A stretch of 64,000 nt of DNA. Source: Octopus sinensis (lineage: Eukaryota). The notes under the pieces are model-generated. The model saw only the letters and a program-made list of their open reading frames with translations. It was not told the origin of the DNA and ran no database searches. A program made the translations under genes and the position numbers. Shown here piece by piece: positions 49,325-62,195 of this stretch. The DNA lies in contig NC_043001.1 of assembly GCF_006345805.1 (NCBI RefSeq), positions 104,098,001-104,162,000 of the forward strand, written 5' to 3'. How positions within the stretch are numbered: the first letter of the stretch is position 1; every line of letters begins with the position of its first letter.

Positions 49325-49494
49325 AGCCACAGAAGGAGGAGGAGGAGGAGCAGGAGGAGGCGACGGTGGTGGTGGTGGTGGTGGTGGTGGTGGTAGTTGG
49401 GGAGGAAGACGACGAGGAGGAGAAAGAGGAGTATGAACGAAGATAATGATGGCAGCGGTGGAGGTGGTGGTTGTGGTGGTAGTGGTGCTTGTTG

Positions 49495-49526
<32 letters not shown>

Positions 49527-49830
49527 GGTGGTGGTAGTGGTGGTGGTGGTGGTGGAGGTGGTGGTGGTGGCGGTGGTGGTGGTGGTGGCGGTGGTGGTGG
49601 TGGTGGTGGTGGTGGTGGAGGTGTCACCATGTTTATGATTACAATCTTAATTATCATCATCATCATCATCAATGACTATTGTAATGACAATAAGAAAGGT
49701 GGTTTAATAGTCGATGATTAGATGCAGATATTTGGTGGTGGTGGTGGTGGTGGTGGTTGTGGTGGTGGTGGTGGTGGTGGTCGTCGTCGTCGTCGTCGTC
49801 GTCGTCGTGGTATTGGTGTGGTGAGGAAGG
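49325..49830. repeat. (GGT)n/(GGA)n/(GTT)n/(CGT)n trinucleotide low-complexity tract
   Basis: Direct reading. Confidence 0.95.
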
Positions 49831-50779
49831 TCATACGGATAGCAGTGAATCTTCAGATGTCTATAATGTTGGTAGAGATGATGATGAAAATGATGATGAT
49901 GATGATGATGATGATGAAAAGGAGGAGGCAGAAGAAAAGGGGTTGAGGGGTAATGATAACAGGGGTGGTAGTTGTGTTGTGGTGGGATAATACTGATGAT
50001 GAGGCTGAGGATTAAATCGATAATGCCGAAAGTGGTAGAGATGGCGTAGTAGTAATAGCGGTGGTCGGGGAAGAGTGGTAGCAGTAGGGTGGTGGCGGTA
50101 TGGTGGTGGTGGCTGCGGTGGTGGTGAGGGAAGGATTTATAAAGTGAAAGGTTAATGTGGTCGTAATACCATCGGTAGTGGTAACAGTGGTGATAATGTT
50201 TAGGTGGTAGTATGTGGTTGATGGCTATGATAGTATTGGTGACAGTGTAGCTGCTATCCCTGATGAAGGCGACAGGGAATTGTAATGGCGGTTCTGGAGG
50301 ATAATTGGCAGAAAACTAAACGATTGGGTGAAAAAGGAGGAAGAAAGGGGGAAATACGAAGAGATAAAGGGAAGAGACATTTTAGAAGAAGAAAATAAAA
50401 ATAAAAACGGGAGATAATCAGGAGCAAGGGAGTAAGGGATGTAGAAGGGAGAAGGGAGCGGCGGATAAGTGTGGAGGAAGTAAAAAGTAAATTGAAAAAG
50501 TTTCAGAGAAAGAGTAACCCTTTCGTGGAAAATAAAACGGAAGGAAACAATAGGAAAACGGGGAGGAAAGCTGAGGAGAGGAAACAGAATTAAGATGAAG
50601 ATGATGAGGGTAGCGACGAGATTTCGAAATGGTGGTGGTGGTGTTGTGGTGGTGGTGGTGGTGGTGGTGGTCGTCGTCGTCGTCGTCGTCGTCGTCGTGG
50701 TATTGGTGTGGTGAGGAAGGTCATACGGATAGCAGTGAATCTTCAGATGTCTATAATGTTGGTAGAGATGATGATGAAA

Positions 50780-50811
<32 letters not shown>

Positions 50812-51545
50812 AAGGAGGAGGCAGAAGAAAAGGGGTTGAGGGGTAATGATAACAGGGGTGGTAGTTGTGTTGTGGTGGGATAATACTGATGATGAGGCTG
50901 AGGATTAAATCGATAATGCCGAAAGTGGTAGAGATGGCGTAGTAGTAGTAATAGCGGTGGTCGGGGAAGAGTGGTAGCAGTAGGGTGGTGGCGGTATGGT
51001 GGTGGTGGCTGCGGTGGTGGTGGTGAGGGAAGGATTTATAAAGTGAAAGGTTAATGTGGTCGTAATACCATCGGTAGTGGTAACAGTGGTGATAATGTTT
51101 AGGTGGTAGTATGTGGTTGATGGCTATGATAGTATTGGTGACAGTGTAGCTGCTATCCCTGATGAAGGCGACAGGGAATTGTAATGGCGGTTCTGGAGGA
51201 TAATGGCAGAAAACTAAACGATTGGGTGAAAAAGGAGGAAGAAAGGGGGAAATACGAAGAGATAAAGGGAAGAGACATTTTAGAAGAAGAAAATAAAAAT
51301 AAAAACGGGAGATAATCAGGAGCAAGGGAGTAAGGGATGTAGAAGGGAGAAGGGAGCGGCGGATAAGTGTGGAGGAAGTAAAAAGTAAATTGAAAAAGTT
51401 TCAGAGAAAGAGTAACCCTTTCGTGGAAAATAAAACGGAAGGAAACAATAGGAAAACGGGGAGGAAAGCTGAGGAGAGGAAACAGAATTAAGATGAAGAT
51501 GATGAGGGTAGCGACGAGATTTCGAAATGGTGGTGGTGGTGTTGG
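49735..51545 (+). repeat. Near-identical tandem duplication of ~890-900 bp low-complexity DNA
   Basis: tattggtgtggtgaggaagg at 49811 and 50701; atttcgaaat at 50621 and 51519; differences are mainly repeat lengths. Confidence 0.92.
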
Positions 51546-51697
51546 TGGTGGTGTTGGTGGTGGTGGCGGCGGCGGTGGCGGCATTGTTCAGTCAGATTTT
51601 CCTATCAGCACCTCTGCATTACCGAAGATTCTGTTTTAGGGATTTGCTTTCGCCATATTTTTCAAATAACGTTTGTTCGATATCTGTGAGCATTATA

Positions 51698-51856
51698 AGC
51701 GCAGGGGTGGCTGTGTGGTAAGTAGCTAGCTTCCTAACCACATGGTTCCGGGTTCAGTCCCACTGCGTGGCACCTTGAGCAAGTGTCTTCCAGTGTACCC
51801 TCGGGCCGACCAAAGCCTTGTGAGTGAATTTGGTAGACGGAAACTGAAAGCCCATC

Positions 51857-51937
<81 letters not shown>

Positions 51938-52019
51938 GTATGTATATATATGTATATATGTATATATATATATGTATATATGTATATATATATATGTGTA
52001 TATATGTATATATGTATGC

Positions 52020-52071
<52 letters not shown>

Positions 52072-52318
52072 ACATGTATGTATGTATGTATGTATGTATG
52101 TATATGTTTGTGTGTCTGTATTTGTCGTCACCAACATCACTTGACAACCGATGCTTGTGTGTTTACGTCCCCGTTACTTAGCGATTCTGCAAAAGAACCC
52201 GATAGAAAAAGTATTAGGCTTACAAAGAATAAGTCCTGGGATCGAATTGCTCGACTAAAGACAGTGCTCCAGCATGGCCGCAGTCAAATGACTGAAAGAA
52301 ACAAAAGAATAAAAGAAC
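51698..52318 (+). mobile_element. SINE family B full-length copy with expanded internal (TA)n/(TATG)n
   Basis: ggggtggctgtgtggtaagtagc..gggttcagtcccactgcg; ~250-bp internal microsatellite. Confidence 0.9.
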
Positions 52319-54194
52319 ATCCTCAAACCTACGAATGACGTTCTTTTTTATTCAGGATTGTACAGGAAGTGATTCCAGCGACACGAGTCAAATATGTAAA
52401 TAATCCATCAAAAATGGAGGATGAAATATGTGAAAAAAGGCGACAAATGGCGAAGTGTATAAATTGTAGCTTCAAGTATCGCAACAGACATTTGCTTAAT
52501 CGTACAACGAGTAGCGATTCTCATCTCTAGTGTTTCGAATCTAATGCAGCTCTTCTTAGCTGAGGGTTTTAATGGAGATTTATCTAGGGACGATGTTCGG
52601 ACACGTAATCTGTCGACTCTGTTTCTACATGCAAATTATTGTTGTTTAACCCTTGGCCGCTTCTGACCAAGAGGATTCATAACTTGAGTATTTCTGTTGA
52701 GTTCATCCAACTTTTGGAGGATAGCGAAGACTGTCCTTGCTTTCTTGAATAAAGTAAGGGACGATTTCACTGAGATTTGCTACTATTTCTAACAGATCGT
52801 CAAGCGAAGATGTAAAGTGTTCCATTCGTTGTTCCTCCCCATTTGCCATTTGGTAATGGCGTCTCCAGCAAGTGTTTTACTTTATCAAAATCCTTTAGCT
52901 TCAGTTCGGTTTGCTTTGAAACAAGACAGGAATATCCATAACTCTTTCTTGTACCTGTAAACACATTGAATCAGACGATTCGAAAGGAAGAGATTTCGAT
53001 TGATCAAATCTAAAACGGAAAGTGACTTTACTTTTCGGTCCCCTTGTACTGGCATAAAAATTACAGCTAACGATACTAATTATAATGAAGTGAATATTAA
53101 CTTGATTACAGCGGAACGAATTTAATAACGCTTGTTTCAACATTGATTAAAATCTTATATTGATTTTAAATCCCGGTAAATTTTCTAGAATCAACTAAAT
53201 AAGTACCAGTAACTTATTGGAAATGGTTGATTTGTCTCTTTACTTCAGTCCAGTGTCTTGAGCAAAAGGAAAAGAAATTATTTATGAACGGTTCTAAAAG
53301 CGAACTGTAGAAAAAAATATATTTGTAAAAGAAAATTGTCGAAAACGATTACAATCTGGCTTTGTTTTATTTTCACAAAAAGAAAATTCTATCATCCTAA
53401 TCCACAGAAAGAAATACTTTCACGTCACAGACACTTATAACAAGAAAATAGCAATAAAATAATAAAAAAGTGACATCCAACAGCAATCAAATGAAATGTA
53501 TGGAAAGAAAAATGAAGACAAATACGTTTCCGCCATTTTGATTTCTGTCTTTTCCTTTCTAACCAAGACTTTTATGGTGTTCTTTAGGTATGGCTGTGGT
53601 TATTTATCACTTTGGTTCTGGGCTAAGTTATGTTTTAGTTTTTAGTTTTTGTGGCTTAGTTTTTACTTTATACCGGTCAGTTGCGGTATCTTTCATTGCA
53701 TGTGAATTTAGGAGAAACTTTACAAAATCTAATTCAAACATATTGTCTCTGCTGCGGGTATTCACGATATTGCTTCTCCGGAAGTCAATATTCTAACTGT
53801 TATCGGTAGGTCGCGAGGATAGACTTCCTGGTAATCGTAACAGCAGTCATGACAAAAGTTGGAATGCAATTTTCATTTTAAAACAGTTAAAGAAATATTG
53901 GAAAACGTTGTTGACACTGTGGGCGGGGATAACATTAATGGTGGATGTAATAAAGAAATTGTTGATGTGATTGGTAGTGGTGGTGTTGTCGTTTCAAAGC
54001 AGGTCAACGTTAATCGGGAAGATTCCACAGTCAAAGACATTCCGGCCATAACCAGTCCTTTTCCGATGCATCCATGAGCAGATTGTCCAATGTATCCTTC
54101 CTTGTTATAACGGGAGAGTTTCCTTTGAAAGGAATTTGCTCACTACATCGAGTAGGGCCACTGACCTCACTCACGTCCCATCATTGGCCCCTTA

Positions 54195-54412
54195 TAATAT
54201 TGGTTTCGATTTTTGGCACAAGGCCAGCAATTTCGAGGGAGAGGCTAAGTTGATTAAATCGATCCCAGTGCTCGAGTGGTGCTTATTTTATCGATCCCTA
54301 AAGAGTGAAAGGCAAAGTCGACCTCGGCCGAACTTGAACTCTGAAGGTATGACGGACGAAATGCCGCTAAGCATTTTGTCCGGCTTGCCATCGATTCTCC
54401 AGCTCACTGCCT
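54195..54412 (-). mobile_element. SINE family A copy
   Basis: aaggcaaagtcgacctcggccgaacttgaactc. Confidence 0.8.
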
Positions 54413-54448
54413 TATTGGCTCGTAGCAATCCTACTGTATTTATGTTGA

Positions 54449-54501
<53 letters not shown>

Positions 54502-54584
54502 ACAGTTGCAGTAGTAGATTGTGCTTTTCCTTATAAGGTTGCCAGTGGTATAACGAGAGATTACGACAATAATGCTACTAAAAC

Positions 54585-54710
54585 GCGGTCGATTTTGCCT
54601 TTCAACCTTTCGGGGTCGATAAATTAAGTACAAGTTGCGTACTGGGGTCGATCTAATCGACTGACCTCCCCCACAAAATATTTCTGGCCTTGTGCCTAGA
54701 GTAGAGAAGA
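54585..54710 (+). mobile_element. SINE family A 3' half (tail type 2)
   Basis: ggtcgattttgcctttcaacctttcggggtcgataaattaagtac..ggccttgtgcctagagtagagaag. Confidence 0.85.
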
Positions 54711-54781
54711 ATAATGCTACAAGAATTGTAAGAAGAAAATGCTGTTAACATATGTCGTATTGACATATTAGTGAGAGAAAC

Positions 54782-54996
54782 TTTTCTACTTTAGGCACAA
54801 GGCCCGAAATTTTGGAGGAAGTGGAGCCAGTCGATGAGATCGACCCCAGTACGCAAGTGGTACTTAATTTATCGACACCGAAAGGGTGAAAGGCAAAGTC
54901 GACCTCGGCGGAATTTGAACTCAGAACGTAAAGACGGGTGGAATACCGCTAAGCATTTCGCCCGGCGTGCTAACGCTTCTGCCAGCTCGCCGCTTC
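54782..54996 (-). mobile_element. SINE family A full-length copy (tail type 2)
   Basis: ttttctactttaggcacaaggcccgaaattt...gccagctcgccgc. Confidence 0.9.
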
Positions 54997-55664
54997 GATA
55001 TTAGTGATGGAATATAACGCCAACTGGGTGCTGTTTATGTGACACCAGCACAAAAGTTTTTCTTTTATATTTGGAATATTGAAATCCGAAGCACATTAAG
55101 CTCGCAAATATTGAGCTTAAAAACCCTTTGGATAGCAAAAGTGGAAGCCTGTCTCACCAACAACCTTCGACTTTCTTGACCCAAAAGTTCTTTTCTTAAA
55201 CCTAATATTCACACGCTGTCATTCATGGCTTTACATTCTTCGAGTGTCAATGCTCCAAAAAACAATGTGCGTGTATGTCTGTATGTATCCTGCTTGTTAT
55301 CATTTCAATAATTACTTAGGGATGTAAAGCTAATTGTAAGAATTCTAATTGCATATCTCTCCGATAATTACAAGGAAACCTACGTGTAAGAAACTATGAA
55401 CACGTTTGAATTCTTCTGAGAGATTAAAGAAAACATCTTAAGAAGATTAAACGTATTTAGTGGAATATGTTACTAAGAGGGAAATGTTTGCAAATGATGT
55501 ATAAATGAGGGATAAAATTGAAAACGAAAAAGAAAAGCATGTTCTATTCCTGAACGATAGACTGATCTATGTACGTAGTAATTATTTAAGATAAGTGCTT
55601 TTTATCGATTGGGTTTTAAAATGGAGTGATTACGACATTTTCTAATTAAACTAAGGCTATGCGT

Positions 55665-55904
55665 GCATGCGTATGTATGCAGGTACGTACGTATGTATGT
55701 ATGTATGTATGTATGTATGTATGTATGTATGTATGTATGTATGTATGTATGTATGTATGTATGTATGTATGCATGTTTGTGTGTATGTGAGCGTGTATAA
55801 CTGTAATGCGTGTGGGTGTATCTATGTGTATACGGATCTACATATGGGTGTATCTACGTATATAAATGTGCATGTACTTGTGTGTATATGTATATATACA
55901 TATG

Positions 55905-55948
<44 letters not shown>

Positions 55949-56224
55949 ATATTATATATATATATATACATATATACATATACATATATATATATATATA
56001 TATATAGATATATATACATATATACACATATATATATGCACATATATATACATATATACATATATATATACATATATATACACATATATATACATAGATA
56101 TATATACATATATACACACATATATATATACATATATATACATATATACATATATATACATACACATATATACATATACATATATATACATACACACATG
56201 CACATACACACACACACGCACATA

Positions 56225-56266
<42 letters not shown>

Positions 56267-56275
56267 TATATATAT
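55665..56275. repeat. (TATG)n/(TA)n/(CA)n compound microsatellite
   Basis: Direct reading. Confidence 0.95.
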
Positions 56276-56514
56276 GAATGCAAAGACTAGAAATCCGCTT
56301 AAGGAGTATCATGTTAAATTGTTCATATTTATTTGCAGCAGTTCCAATGTTGGAAGAAAAAAGATGGATAATTGCTTTTTAAACGACTTGTGTAGCCCTC
56401 GGCAGGGTCATATTATTCTACGACAGAGTATATGTGGTGCCATGCGACGGAATATTATCGTGTGGGAAACATGTGTCAGTAGACATCAGTAGAAAAACAG
56501 ATGTGTTTTAATGA

Positions 56515-56665
56515 GGTGTGGCTGTGTGGTAAGAAGCTTGCTTCCCAACCACATGGTTTCGGGTTCAGTGGTACCTTGGGCAAGAGCCTTCTACTGTAGC
56601 CTCAAGCCGACCGAAGCTTTGTGAGTGGATTTGGTAGACGGAAACTGAAAGAAGCCCGTCGTATG
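56515..56665 (+). mobile_element. SINE family B 5' part
   Basis: gtggctgtgtggtaagaagcttgcttcccaaccacatggtt..gtagacggaaactgaaagaagcccgtcg. Confidence 0.85.
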
Positions 56666-56789
56666 TATATATATATATAATATATATATATATACATTTT
56701 CAAAATGTAACCCACTTGTGAATCGTTGGCGCTTTTCCTCCTCCATCTGAAGTTTCTCTGGGGTTTTTTTATGTGCTACCGGCACGGGG

Positions 56790-57090
56790 AACACAACTAC
56801 AATTTCCATTTGATTTGATTTGATTTGATTTTGATGTACTTGACTCAATAGGTCACCTCAAGCACAGCATGTCGCCCTACAATCCAAAGGTACTTTTTGA
56901 GTGGGCTGGTTATGCAACACTAGCGTAGGTTACAGCTGTGATCTCACTTTATTTGCCGGGTCTTCTCAGTCACAGCATACCTCCAGAGGTCTCGGTCTTT
57001 TGTCATTGCCTCTGTGAGGCCCATCGTTCGAAGGTCATGCCTCACCACCTCATCCCATGTCTTCCTGGGTGCACCTCTACCCCGGATTCC
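56790..57090 (-). pseudogene. RTE-clade LINE 3' end
   Basis: VEGIRGRGAPRKTWDEVVRHDLRTMGLTEAMTKDRDLWRYAVTEKTRQIK*. Confidence 0.8.
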
Positions 57091-58268
57091 TTCCACTGGC
57101 AACTTAAATAACAGATTGTCGATTTCCGCAGTGTCGAGAATGGTTGGACCTCATTGGTTAAAATTACAAAATAATTCAATCTTTAAAGAGTCATAACTTT
57201 TATATTATTCATTTCTTCAAACATATTTGCGATTTTCCTATTTGGCATGAAAAAATTCATCCGTATAGAAATTTTCAATAAAATAGAACTCTGTACAAAT
57301 TCCGGAAAGATTCTTCAGGAAATCCTGAAATAAGTTATGTGACTGTCTGGTGTTGGTGTATTCCCCCTGAACAATCGCATAAACTTCAGATTCCTTTCAG
57401 AAAAACGAACAGGAAATCCGCAGAAGTGTCCTTTCATTCAAAAGCACTATTTTCTCATAAAAGTTTAATTAATTTTTCTTGGGGCAAATTTTCCAGAATG
57501 GATAAAATACGTTCTTTTCATTTCATTGAAGACAAGATAAATTCCTACCTTTGCACTCATCTCACCTGTAGGGAATGGTTTACATAAAGAACGAATGATT
57601 TCCGGCAGTTTTGATAGCCAGATTCGTTTTAAACAATTCGAAACATAATATTTCACCTTCAAAGTGAGACAGATGGAATAGTAAATATTTACCAAAGAGT
57701 ATGTGCAAGAAGTATTACTTCAATTCGTAAATTTGTCAACGTTAGGAATGTAATTCTGAAGATTCAAGAAGGAGTGGCTGACTACAACCTTATGTAGAAG
57801 AGATTCTAGAAATTTCTCGTTGTTTCCAGCGAGAAATTTTCTCCTTGAAAACGTACAGTGAATGTCATTCTTCTGGGTTCGAATCTGCCTCAAATGTATT
57901 AGAACTGGTAACCAGTTTGTATTTATATACATCACTGTTTAGCGCTGTCACTCCGTATTTTATTCACTGCGTGCCGCTGATTGGCGTAATCTGCCATTGA
58001 ACGATGACAGGGACATCACAAGAGCGACCTATCTCTCGTGTCAGTCAGTTCGCAGCATCTAACTTCCCGGCCTCTGTTGCAAACGGGAGAGGAGATTGCC
58101 ACTCCGAAATGCAATGTGGTTAGGGAATGCTGTGAACTGCTGACTCGGTGTATTTACACCTATTTGTCTACAGCGTGAAATTTTCTCCAGAACATAACAC
58201 AGTGAATAGCTTTCATACGAGTTCGAATACATTCCAAGTATATTTGAACTGATAACCTGATTCTAGAC

Positions 58269-58419
58269 CAGTGGCTCCCAACCTTTTCACTATGAAGGAC
58301 CCCTTTTATTGAAATGAGTTTTCCCATGGACCCCAGGATATTGAAAGGCCTGTCACAATCCCCAATACTACCTTTGCAGAACACGGGGGGTCCGCGGACT
58401 ACAGGTTGGGAACCCCTTG
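58269..58419. mobile_element. hAT-type MITE
   Basis: CAGTGGCTCCCAACCTTTT ... AGGTTGGGAACCCCTTG terminal inverted repeats. Confidence 0.6.
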
Positions 58420-58569
58420 TCATTATTCAGTTTAATCTAAAAGAAAATGGAGATTAACACAGTTCAAGAGAGAATAGAGATGCGTTCAGGAGAGGAACTA
58501 TATGAACATTGCTCACAGAGAAAGGTTCATTATCAAGACTGAAAGAAAGAATTCATATTAAGAAACTTT

Positions 58570-58882
58570 CCGACCACATGGTTCCGGGTTCAGTCCCACT
58601 GCGTAACACCTTGGGGCAAGTGTCTTCTTATATAGCCTCAGGCCTTGTGAGTGGATTTGATAGACGGAAAATGGAAGAAACCAGCGTGTGTTTGTGTTTG
58701 TGTTTGTTCTCCACCACTACTTGACAACTGTTGTTGGTGTGTTTATGTCCCTGTAACAGCAGTTCAGCAAAATATATCGATAAATTAAGTACCAAGCTTT
58801 AAGGTCGATTCATTCGACTAAAAATTCTTTAAGGCGATGCCCCAGTATGGCCACAGTTTAATGAGTGAAACGATTAAAAGAT
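58570..58882 (+). mobile_element. SINE family B copy (5' truncated)
   Basis: ccacatggttccgggttcagtcccactgcg...cagtatggccacagtttaatgagtgaaac. Confidence 0.8.
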
Positions 58883-58974
58883 TAACGGTAAAACATTTGC
58901 AGCGTGGAAGGTGTTTATAAGCCATTTAAGAAACACACAAAAGCCGTTAGATTCACTTCAACATTTAAATTTAA

Positions 58975-59025
58975 TTTGTCAAAATATTTTCGTCGCTTTG
59001 AGACCGTGACCTGTTCACTGACAAA
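58975..59025 (-). ncRNA. Minimal type I hammerhead ribozyme with G3-C8 core swap
   Basis: UUUGUCA-GUGAACA-G-GUC(13 nt)GAC-GAAA-AUAUUU-UGACAAA: 7-bp stem I, palindromic stem III AAUAUU. Confidence 0.7.
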
Positions 59026-60594
59026 ACTTCGTGCTGTTCACAGAGAAAAGTTCGCCATGAAAACAGTCAAAAAATATCCTATTAAGGAAATTTCAGCGTT
59101 TAGATAGTGAAGCATCTGACCAGTGGTGAGTGGAATTGTAGCGAAATGCCATGAAGATTTCTGCGACTGTTCGTCTTCAGTTTGCAAAGCTGGCATAAAA
59201 AATGGGCTGAGGAATGGCGACAGTGATAATGTCGGTCTCTTGTTCAACTCAATCTGACCTCTGCTGCTCTCTTGTTCCAACTCTCGTTTGTAAACTTTTC
59301 AACTCTTTTATTTATAACAACTCACAGTTTTTGCTCTGTTGACATTGTTGTCTCTGGTGGCAACGGAAAGCATGATGTCAAGTGTGAGGTGTAATAGCGC
59401 TGAAGATTCGGTTTCCATTGGAAACATCGTTCCGGTTATTTTATTTATTTGTATATCTATTTTGTAACCATAACAATGTGTTGTATTTATTGACGCTGCT
59501 GATATCGAATTAAGGATTCCAGTTCAATCCCAGGAATTTCACAAATCGAGAAATATGACATTTCCTGCTACAAAACTAAAGACGACACCACAGAATGTTT
59601 GTCTTCCCTGAAATATAATTCTGTGACACTTCATCTTCTTATATCATCTCATTATATTTTACACTCGTAATTGGGAAGCGTGTCGCATCCTCTTCGTATA
59701 TTGTTGGCACTCCGTCGGTTGCGACGACGAGGGTTCCAGTTGATCCGATCAATGGAACATCCTGCTCGTGAAACTAACGTACAAGTGGCTGAGCATTCCA
59801 CGGACACGTGTATCCTTAACGGATTTGTCGGGGAGATTCAGCGTGACACAGTGTGACAAGGCTGGCCCTTTGAAATACAGGTACAACAGAAGCAGGAAGA
59901 AAGAGTGAGAGAAAATTGTAGTGAAAGAGTACAGCAGGGTTGGCCACCATCCCCTGCCGGGGCCGCGTCAAAGTGACAGCAGATCTTTTTCTTTCTGGCC
60001 TTCAATTTGCGAAGCGTCGTTTTGTGTTCTGACGGAGAATTTTTCAGCTGCTTCTGCGGTGTTGAGTGACTTCATTCGGGCTTCTTCATTTGTAGCTGTA
60101 TAACAATGTACGCACATTTGCATAGATATGTATATGCAGATATCTATTTGTATACACACACATGCATACATATATGCATTCATATACATATAAGAATTGA
60201 CACTTGTACATCTTTGTTGGTCATATTTTACAATCTTCCCTGGAATCTGCACTTCGGAAGTATTTGGAAAATATCTTTATATAAAGTACATGTTTGAACA
60301 AACAAAAGCGGATTTCATTCAGTAAGTTGGATCGTGCTATCTGCAGACACAGCATGAATATCGGGTGGAAGAAAATTCTATGAAGAATTCGATACTCGCC
60401 TCATATTGTGAGTGTGTAAATAAGTTCGTCCAAACGAGGTACCTCGATTTAAGTACCTAATTGAACTGAATCAAAATTATATTTCATTTATATGCATATA
60501 TAGACAGACAGACAGACAGATAGATAGAGAGAGAGAGAAACCGGTTCGTTCTCTATTGGTAAGAGATCATGAAATAAACTGAATAACGACATAC

Positions 60595-60809
60595 ATAAAT
60601 ACTTACACACACACATACATACATACATACATACATACATACATACATACAACATACATACATACATACATACATACATACATACCCTGTTGTTGATATT
60701 GAAATTCCAATGAAGGAGGCATGGATCTTGGTTAGAAGCCGGTTCTTTCTCCATCGGCAAGATATCTTGGAATAGACTGAATAATGGCATGCATACACAT
60801 ACACACACA

Positions 60810-60849
<40 letters not shown>

Positions 60850-60985
60850 GCACGCACGCACACACGCATGCATACATACATACGTACGTACGTACGTACG
60901 TACGTACGTACGTCCATACATACATACATACATACATACATACATACATACATACATACATACATACATACATACGCACGCACGC
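60595..60985. repeat. (CATA)n/(CA)n/(CGTA)n compound microsatellite
   Basis: Direct reading. Confidence 0.95.
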
Positions 60986-61119
60986 GTATGTATCCAAACG
61001 TATACATATTTGTGTGCACGCTCGTATATATTAATACGTGCACATATTTATGTATAATAATGCCTTTTATTATAGACACAATGCCTGATTATTTGAGGAG
61101 CGAGGAACGGGTAAGTCAG

Positions 61120-61690
61120 CTGCATCAACTCCTATACTCAACTGGTGTTTATTTTATCGACCCTGGGGGAGTGAAAGGCAAAGTCGACCTCCGCGGAATT
61201 TGAACTCAGAACGTAAAGACTGACGAATGTATTTCGCCTAGCGTGCTAACGTTTCTTTTTTTTTTTTATTGCCCGCAAAGGGCTAAACACAGAGGGAACA
61301 AACAAGGACATGCAATGGGATTAAGTCGATTACATCGATACCAGTGCGTAACTGGTACTTCATTTAATCGACCCCGAAAGGATGAAAGGCAAAGACGACC
61401 TCGGCGGAATTTGAACTCAGAACGTAAAGACAGACAAAATACCGCTAAGGGTTTCGTCCGGCGTGCTAACGTCTCTGCCAGCTCACCGCCTTAATTATTC
61501 TTTTCTACTCTAAGCACAAGGCCCGAAATTTTTAGGGAGGGGGCCAGTCAACTAGATCGACCCAAGTACGAAACTGGTTCTTAATTTATCGACCCCGAAA
61601 GGATGAAAAGCAAAGTCGACCTCGGTGGAATTTGAACTCAGAACGTGACCGCAGACGAATGCATTTCGCCCGGCGTGCCAACGTTTCTTA
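61120..61690 (-). mobile_element. Cluster of three co-oriented SINE family A copies (61120-61250, 61265-61492, 61500-61690)
   Basis: Three occurrences of aaag.caaag.cgacctc.g..ggaatttgaactcagaacgt; tail types 1 and 2 both present. Confidence 0.88.
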
Positions 61691-61741
61691 ACGCCCGTCT
61701 TAAATACACATTGTCTTTATATGTACATTTGTCTCAGATGT

Positions 61742-62195
61742 ATTCTTTTATTCTTTTATTCTTTTACTTGTTTCAGTCATTTGACTGTGGCCATGCTGGA
61801 GCACCGCCTTTAGTCGAATAAATCGATTCCAGGACTTATTCTTTGTAAACCCAGTACTTATTCTACCGGTCTCTTTTGCCGAACTGCTAGACTACGGAGA
61901 CATAAACCCACATCAGTTGTCAAGCGATGGGGGGAAGCAAAAACAATCACACATATAAACACACACACATACATACATACATGCATACATACATACATAC
62001 ATACATACATATACATACATATGCATATATATATATATATGCGACGGGCTTTTTTCAGTTTCCGTCCACCAAATTCACTCACAAGGCTTTGGTCGGCCAT
62101 AGGCAATAATAGAAGACACTTGCCCAAGGTGCCACACAGTGGGACTGAACCCGGAACCACGTGCTTGGGAAGCAAGCTTCTTACCACACAGTCAC
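61742..62195 (-). mobile_element. SINE family B full-length copy
   Basis: tcttttacttgtttcagtcatttgactgtggccatgctggagcaccgcc...gggactgaacccggaacc..cttaccacacagtcac. Confidence 0.9.

Noticed and set aside
50258-50295. CCCUGAUGAAGGCGACAGGGAAU (also at ~51157)
   Set aside because: No stem II pairing or GAAA; chance occurrence in low-complexity DNA.
50225-51325. 366-aa minus-strand ORF and neighbouring poly-P/poly-G ORFs
   Set aside because: Products of trinucleotide low-complexity DNA and the tandem duplication; no recognisable protein motifs.
53970-54080. Minus-strand DCGIFPIN resembling a pogo transposase C-terminal motif
   Set aside because: The same bases look like a decayed SINE-like tail (caaagacattccggccataacc) and there are no other transposase motifs.
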